A stretch of 64,000 bases of DNA from Octopus vulgaris (Eukaryota), in contig OX597822.1 in assembly GCA_951406725.2 (NCBI GenBank), positions 108,996,001 through 109,060,000 on the forward strand, in the 5' to 3' direction. The position numbers and the translations under genes were made by a program. Below the pieces are notes generated by a model. That model was not told where the DNA came from. It made no database searches and saw only the letters and a list, made by a program, of their open reading frames with translations. Of this stretch, positions 57,319-64,000 are shown in pieces. Position 1 is the first letter of the stretch. Every line of letters starts with the position of its first letter.

Positions 57319-58007
57319 GACTATGAGTTGTAAGTCTTTTGAATAGTGTACTAATTTTAGCTTCAAATATTTAGGAATATTATCACCGAAAAAAAGATTT
57401 TAAAGTTTGGCATGTAATGAAATAAATTTCTCCAGGGGTGCCAATTCTGAGGAGCTGCTCATACACACACAAACGTACACACGAACTTACACACACCCAC
57501 ACACATACACGCCAAAATACCCACTCAGACCCATACACACAGATACACGTATGTATATATATTATATACACATGTAAATACTTTAAATATGGAAAGTGAA
57601 ATTCTCGAGATTCTTTATTCAGATTCACTACAAACGTTTCGACTCATTCTGCACGGTAGCGTGTTGTACACTGTTTTGTCTGGCAATACAAATGTAAAAT
57701 GCACATCTTTAGGTGATTTTTTGAACAAGTACCGCGCTATTTCACTTCACCATTATACTTAGCCTTATAGCAATATCTATCAATGTGGTGCTTGCATCCG
57801 AGCTGTTCTCAGAAGAAACTGATAGACGAGATACGCTTACAGTAAAAAAATAAAATACAACGATAAGAAAGCATAGTTAAAAACATGCATTAAAAGTACA
57901 TCAGAGGAAAAGAAAACCGATACATAGATAAGATATGCATGCTATGAAAACAAAGATAAAATCTAATAAATAGACATAGAAAAATTTGTGCTATTATTTA
58001 ACTGCAC

Positions 58008-58212
58008 AAAGGTGTCGATCTATGAGTATCTTTAGAACTCGGAGGAAAATGCTTAGCAGCATCCCGTCTGTCTGTACTTTCTAAGTTGAAATGCCGTCGA
58101 GGTCTACTTTGCCTTTCGTACTTTCGATGTTGATACGATTACTAGCATTTGATCATTGGGGTGGATTTAATCGCCCAGAACTTGCTGGCTTTGTGCCAAA
58201 ATGTAAAAAAAT
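58008..58212 (+). mobile_element. Decayed SINE family A
   Basis: 'aaatgcttagcagcat...tcgaggtctactttgcctttc...ttgctggctttgtgccaaa'. Confidence 0.7.
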
Positions 58213-58274
58213 TATTTAACTACACACACACATAAGTAAAACTACATATACATTTAAATGGCATATATATATAT

Positions 58275-58532
58275 AATTCATAAATAAGGGCGAAAAAGTT
58301 TCTAATGCTAGATATGCCGAAAAATTGGACATATTGTCCATTAACCATATAATTTTTTCCCATTATGCACGCTACTCGATATCGTAATAATGGAATTTTA
58401 TAGAAGTTTCTGTCGAACATTTTTCGAGTAGCGTGCATATTGGGAAAAAATTATATGGTTAATGGACAATATGTCCAATTTTTCGGCACATCTAGCATTA
58501 TACATTTTTTCGTTTGCCCTTAATTATGAATT
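58275..58532. repeat. Long inverted repeat / MITE-like foldback (arms 58275-58379, 58424-58532)
   Basis: ~105-bp arms with high identity and a 44-bp spacer. Confidence 0.88.
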
Positions 58533-58653
58533 GTTTATAGATTTAACCTTTAAAGGTATTTTTTGATATGCTGGCCATTGATAACATTTTTGGGGGAAAA
58601 GAACATTTTTTTCGAAAAACTTTTATCCTTCATTAGATATATATATATATATA

Positions 58654-58822
58654 TATATAATATAATTCGAGACAAAACCACTATTTTAAAACCAAACAAG
58701 GAAAGACTTAATCAATACATAAAATTTTAATATAAATTAAATATATTAAAATTTTATGTATTGATTAAGTCTTTCCTTGTTTGGTTTTAAAATAGTGGTT
58801 TTGTCTCGAATTATATTATATA
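58654..58822. repeat. Perfect 81-bp-arm palindrome with 7-nt loop
   Basis: 58654-58734 is the exact reverse complement of 58742-58822; abuts (TA)n. Confidence 0.92.
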
Positions 58823-59704
58823 ATATTTTACTATAAAATTGGATTTAACCCTAAATCTGATTTTTCCCTGTAATTTTGGATTCATTCCCTAATATTTATT
58901 ATTATATATATATATATATACATATGCAACTACATACATGCAGATACACACGCCCCCACCTCCGATACACGCGATTGTCTTCGGTCTCCTATGTATGGAA
59001 ATGAATGCAGAAAAGTAACGGGTCGTGTGCTTTTGGTAAAATATCACTAGAGGAAGATTAATCGACATTTGTGCTTTTTCTTTAATTTTCATCCGTGTTC
59101 TCCACCAAAGTTTCTCTAAAACTATTAAATGTTACATGAAACAAAATGTGCCGGTTGTCGTTGTTGTGAATTAAAATTATTTTCCAGTTCTTTTTTATTT
59201 CTCCCACGCCCATGCTGGTAGAGCAGATCAACAGATCTCCATTCCCGGCTGTTTCAGATCTTTTCATTAGGGAGGGAAACTAGTAGATACGTAGTTCCCT
59301 TTTCAGAAAAGTTAATCTAATTTCAAACAGATTTTAATACTATAAACTGCAGATGGTGTGACAACGAAACAGCAATTTTATCATATACCGGGATTCTGAG
59401 AAAACCGCCTGCCTATGACGATAGTTTTATGCTGCATTTGTACCATTTTCGAAAGCTTGAAGATTTTATCAATATCCAGTAACCCACATAATCTGATAGT
59501 AATCGTGAGGTCGGAATATTGTACGTGAAAGATCAGGTCTTATTAAGGAACTCATGCTGCAATGTTATATGTACGTGAATCAAAAAGAGCAGTGGGTTCA
59601 TCATTTACTACAATAAATGAAAGTATGTTAATTGTACACATTTACATATATATGCATTCATACGCACACGCATACACACATACATGCATACATACATACA
59701 TATA

Positions 59705-59930
59705 TATTTCTTTACTACCCACAAGGGGCTAAACACAGAGGGGACAAACAAAGACAGACAAACGTATTAAGTCGATTATATCGACCCCAGTGTGTAACTG
59801 GTACATATTTAATCGACCCCGAAAAGTTGAAAGGCAAAGTCGACCTCGGTGGCATTTGAACTCAGAGCGTAGGGCAGACGAAATACGGCTACGCATTTCG
59901 CCCGGCGTGCTAACGTGTCTGCTAGCTCGT
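59705..59930 (-). mobile_element. SINE family A, well-preserved copy (Tx1-like-tail subfamily)
   Basis: Close match to 51105-51338. Confidence 0.92.
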
Positions 59931-59954
59931 GTGTGTATGTGTGTTTGTGTATTT

Positions 59955-59990
<36 letters not shown>

Positions 59991-59991
59991 T

Positions 59992-60027
<36 letters not shown>

Positions 60028-60220
60028 TGTGTATGTGTTTGTTCATGCGCATCGCTAATTTTTTCTGAAATGGCGCTGTAGAAAATCGGAAGCTTTCCTC
60101 AGCAGAAGGAAGATATCAACGAGGCACTATAATTATAATAAAGAAGACAAGAATTCGATATGTGATGGCTTGGAATGGAAGGTTTGGTGTAATATCAGAG
60201 AACATCTATGAAGCCAGTGT

Positions 60221-60326
60221 AGAAGAAGACGAAGACGGAGACGAAGAAGAAGAAGAAGAAGAAGAAGAAGAAGAAGAAGAAGAAGAAGAAGAAGAAGAAG
60301 AAGAAGAAGAAGAAGAAGAAGAAGAA
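60221..60326. repeat. (GAA)n array
   Basis: Read directly from sequence. Confidence 0.95.
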
Positions 60327-61265
60327 ATAAATATAAAAATATCAAAAAAAAATCAAGAACAAAAATAAAACAAACAAGAGGAAAACAAGGAGAAGAAAAG
60401 GATGAAAAGAAAAAAGATGAACAGAATTGAAAACTAGGCTGTGAAGGAACGTGTAGAAAAGAAGAAAATAATAATGGTATATCTGCTAATATTGGTGAAG
60501 ATGCTGAGGATGAGACTGCTGATGTGTATGGTGACGATAGTCATGATGACAGCTACGACGACAGTAAGCAAGTCGAAAAAGACTTGTAGAAGTAAAACAA
60601 AAATTAATGGAGTTGCCAAGTAGATGTTGACGGCTTGACGGCGGACAGTGAGTGAACTTTCCAGACACTGTCATGACGTGGTCAGCTTAGGATAGTGAAT
60701 ATGTGTGAATGTTTGCCAAAATACTTGATTAGATTAATTTCTTAAGAGAAGAACCTTTTCCAGGTAGAAAGCACAAAAGTAAAGTAAAACTACATTCGAT
60801 TCATTTATTTAAAAGAAAGGAAAACGAAGATAAAAAAAAAAGAGAGAAAATATCAAATAATAATGGAAACAAAGAATAATAAAAGAGATGCTGTCACTAT
60901 TTTTTCCCTACATTTTTGTTTTTGTGCCATAGAAGACATAATTAATCTGGAACTGCGTTTGGAATCTCAAGAGGAACTGTGTACCAAGAGTCACAGACTA
61001 TTTTAATTTTGTCTGATATTTCTCTGATATTTTGCTGTCCAAGACTTAAATGGAAGTGGCATGGCATGTAGCGGACAATGGCATTTTTCATAGAATTTGA
61101 AACTTTCTCTTGTTTTGATTTTATATTGTTCTTCTTCTTTGAAAAATACAATCTCGTGTCTGGAATAATAGAATCGCAGAAGAAATTCTTAAGGAAGTCT
61201 CTTATGTTTATTCCTATTTCTTTTTCTACATTCAAAAATGACTGACTGCAGTCTCAAATGATAAA

Positions 61266-61310
<45 letters not shown>

Positions 61311-61327
61311 TATATATATATATATAC

Positions 61328-61405
<78 letters not shown>

Positions 61406-61434
61406 TTATACATATATGCATATATCTATCTATC

Positions 61435-61488
<54 letters not shown>

Positions 61489-63535
61489 TATTTATATATA
61501 TGTATGTATGTATGCATGTATGTAGAAGGTAAATCTAGTTCGAAGGCTACAGTTCTAATCCATCACTGGAACAGTGAAATTCCGTAAAACTTTACACGAG
61601 TTTATCATTTAAATCTATATGACCATGTGTAGATATGTACCTATTTACATCAGAATACATACATAATACAAAATATACAAATCTGCACATATATATATAC
61701 ATACAAAAGACCCTAATGTGGATGTTGAAATCCCAAAAAAGGAGCCTTATAACTAGGTTAGAAGCCGGCTCTTACTCTTATGGCATGAAATCGTGAAATA
61801 AAACTGAATAATAAATGCTCAGAAAGATAGAAACGTGACTGAAGTGCTAAAAGTTTCGTGTATGACACAAAGTGTTTGTAAGTTCAATACACGGAAAGTT
61901 TAGCCCTTCAATTTCACATATACTGCGATCCAGATCTGTTGTTCGTTAAAACGCTTGCGCTCACGCTCACGCACACACACACACAGAAACGCATGTTCAC
62001 ACATCAAAGAAGAATTACAATATGCGTTCAAATATTTTGCATTTTCTTCTAGTTGATTATACAGGAGGTTTTTTCTTTGTTCGTTTAATTCGTCGTCAAA
62101 AACAATTATCAATGTAGAAAAACCTCCTCCTTTTCCTCTTTTTCTCTCGTTCGCTTTCTGTTTCTCTCGATCTTTCTCTAAATTTAATGATACTATTGTC
62201 AAACTGGGACTAATAACCAATTATTAGCATATATTCGGTAAAATAATTGCATTTATTTCAAATTTACTATGCCTCAAAGAAGCATAAATGTATGCAATAC
62301 CGTTCCTGTTGTTTTCTATTTACGGATTTCAAACAATATCATACCATATTTAATTTAGTTCGTACATTTGTTTCATTCTACATGTCTGTAATTATTTTAA
62401 TAATTTTGAAAAATCCTTTAGATTTACATCTTATAAATCTCGTATTTGATAATATTATTTTAGTTTCATTAGTTCAAGCTAACGAGAATATTTATATGTA
62501 TCGTTGAATATCATATCTCAGCAGTATTGAGGTGTAAATTATGAGGACAGCTTTCATTGAAAGTCCTCTAAGTTTTATAATCAGCAACAGTCAGTATACG
62601 ATCCAGTGAATTTTATAATAATTACTTTGATTTCGTTGCCATAATTATAATTACTTTATTTTTATTGAATTCAAAGCGTTATTTTCTGGAATTACTAAAT
62701 AATAAATATGATGTTGGCAATTCAATTCTGGGATTACTGAAGCGTATAAATAATCAAACTATATTTTCTGTTGAAGAATGGAATTTCAATTAAATGCTTG
62801 TTATCCAGGTTTAGTGAAATGATGTACTATGTGAAAGAAGAATGAAGGCAGAACTTTAAAATTAAAGAATATAAATTTACAAAAAATATTCATGATATAC
62901 AGTACAACAGATGAAGTCAGTATATCAATTTATTTGATAACTACGACATAAATTTCTCAACTGGGGTTTCGCAAATGTATTTTGAAACGCATTTACTAAA
63001 CATTTCTTTGCAAGTTAAAATAAAAAGCTAGACAGGCAAATTGTTTATGAATGATAATATAGTTCACGCATAGTTGTTACAATAATATAAAAAATATGGT
63101 CATCATATTCGAATGGTGAACTACATATAAAGTATTATTTTTTTATCTGTACTTCTGCGATTTCATTGTGAAATCTATCAAAATGAACTCATCTCCAACT
63201 CCATGACATCGGTAAAAATGTGTGGCTTGCAATCTCCATGATGTATATTTTTATTATAGCACTTAATGCGTATTCCAGTTCAATATGTTATTTATCAAAC
63301 ACATAAGCAGGGAACTCAGACAACGCAATGAATATAGAATAACGCGTATTTTATAATATTTTCAATTAAATGAGTACAGTTGGCAACTGTAGGTGTCAGC
63401 ACTAGCAATCACCAGTCAAATTTCCCAGGTGAATACAGTTAATTTGAATTAAACGAAAATTATATGCTTGTTCTTTAACACTTTAATACCATATTCATTT
63501 GACTGCAGTATATGTAAGTGATATATATATGTATG

Positions 63536-63570
<35 letters not shown>

Positions 63571-64000
63571 TAGTGTGGATTGTTTTTTCGCTCCACACTA
63601 ATATAGTAGTGCAAAAAGTTTGTGAATGGACATCACAATAACTGGTACAAGATTTTAAGACTCTGTAACATTACCTTCTGCCTCCACAAATACGAAAAAT
63701 CATCGCAAATATTGTAATTTACCGAATTCAGAAAATGTTTAATGTAGATGTAAATTACAGTACACCCACGTCCTTCCTTGTGGAGGAAGAAGATGAAGTC
63801 ACATGGAAAAACATGTTTAAGTCGTATTTTAAAGTATTTTCATGTGGCATTGAAAACTACCTCAAGAAGATGCAATGAAAAATATATTTTATAGCAAACA
63901 AATAAATAGAACCATTTTTTGTTTTTTTATTTCCCACTTTTTCCATTTACCGATGCATTTGTGGAGACAGACGATAATGTTGCAGATTTCTAAGATTTTG

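Noticed and set aside
60942-61235. 97-aa minus-strand ORF with faint resemblance to a Penelope RT-GIY-YIG linker
   Set aside because: Similarity is limited to a few residues and cannot be supported without a search

Overview
This is AT-rich, microsatellite-saturated eukaryotic DNA: (TA)n, (CA)n, (TATC)n, (TATG)n, (AAT)n and (GAA)n. The SINE repertoire looks like that of an octopod cephalopod (Octopus-like); this is an inference from recalled SINE consensus sequences. No intact protein-coding gene is visible, and nearly all ORFs in the track are microsatellite translations. Recognisable content: (1) about 25 copies or fragments of three tRNA-derived SINE families; (2) a 5'-truncated CR1-type LINE with RT motifs (35.1-36.5 kb); (3) a mariner transposase 3' end (20.6-20.9 kb); (4) three R4/Dong-type restriction-like-endonuclease retrotransposon ends next to triplet arrays (54.8-56.1 kb); (5) two 3' ends of an L1/Tx1-like element in (TATC)n; (6) one candidate signal-peptide exon (8.9 kb). 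The most notable hidden signal is a set of type-I hammerhead ribozyme (HHR) motifs, CUGANGA...GAAA..UH with palindromic stem III, in several unrelated short elements embedded in (TA)n arrays. About six are essentially intact and several more are variant or decayed. One lies inside a 300-bp unit with a 64-bp terminal redundancy (32493-32856), which is the architecture of a non-LTR retrozyme or Penelope pseudo-LTR able to yield a ~300-nt self-cleaved or circular RNA. Two SINE-LINE shared 3' tails and several long inverted repeats are also visible. All structures were folded by eye; none has been tested computationally.
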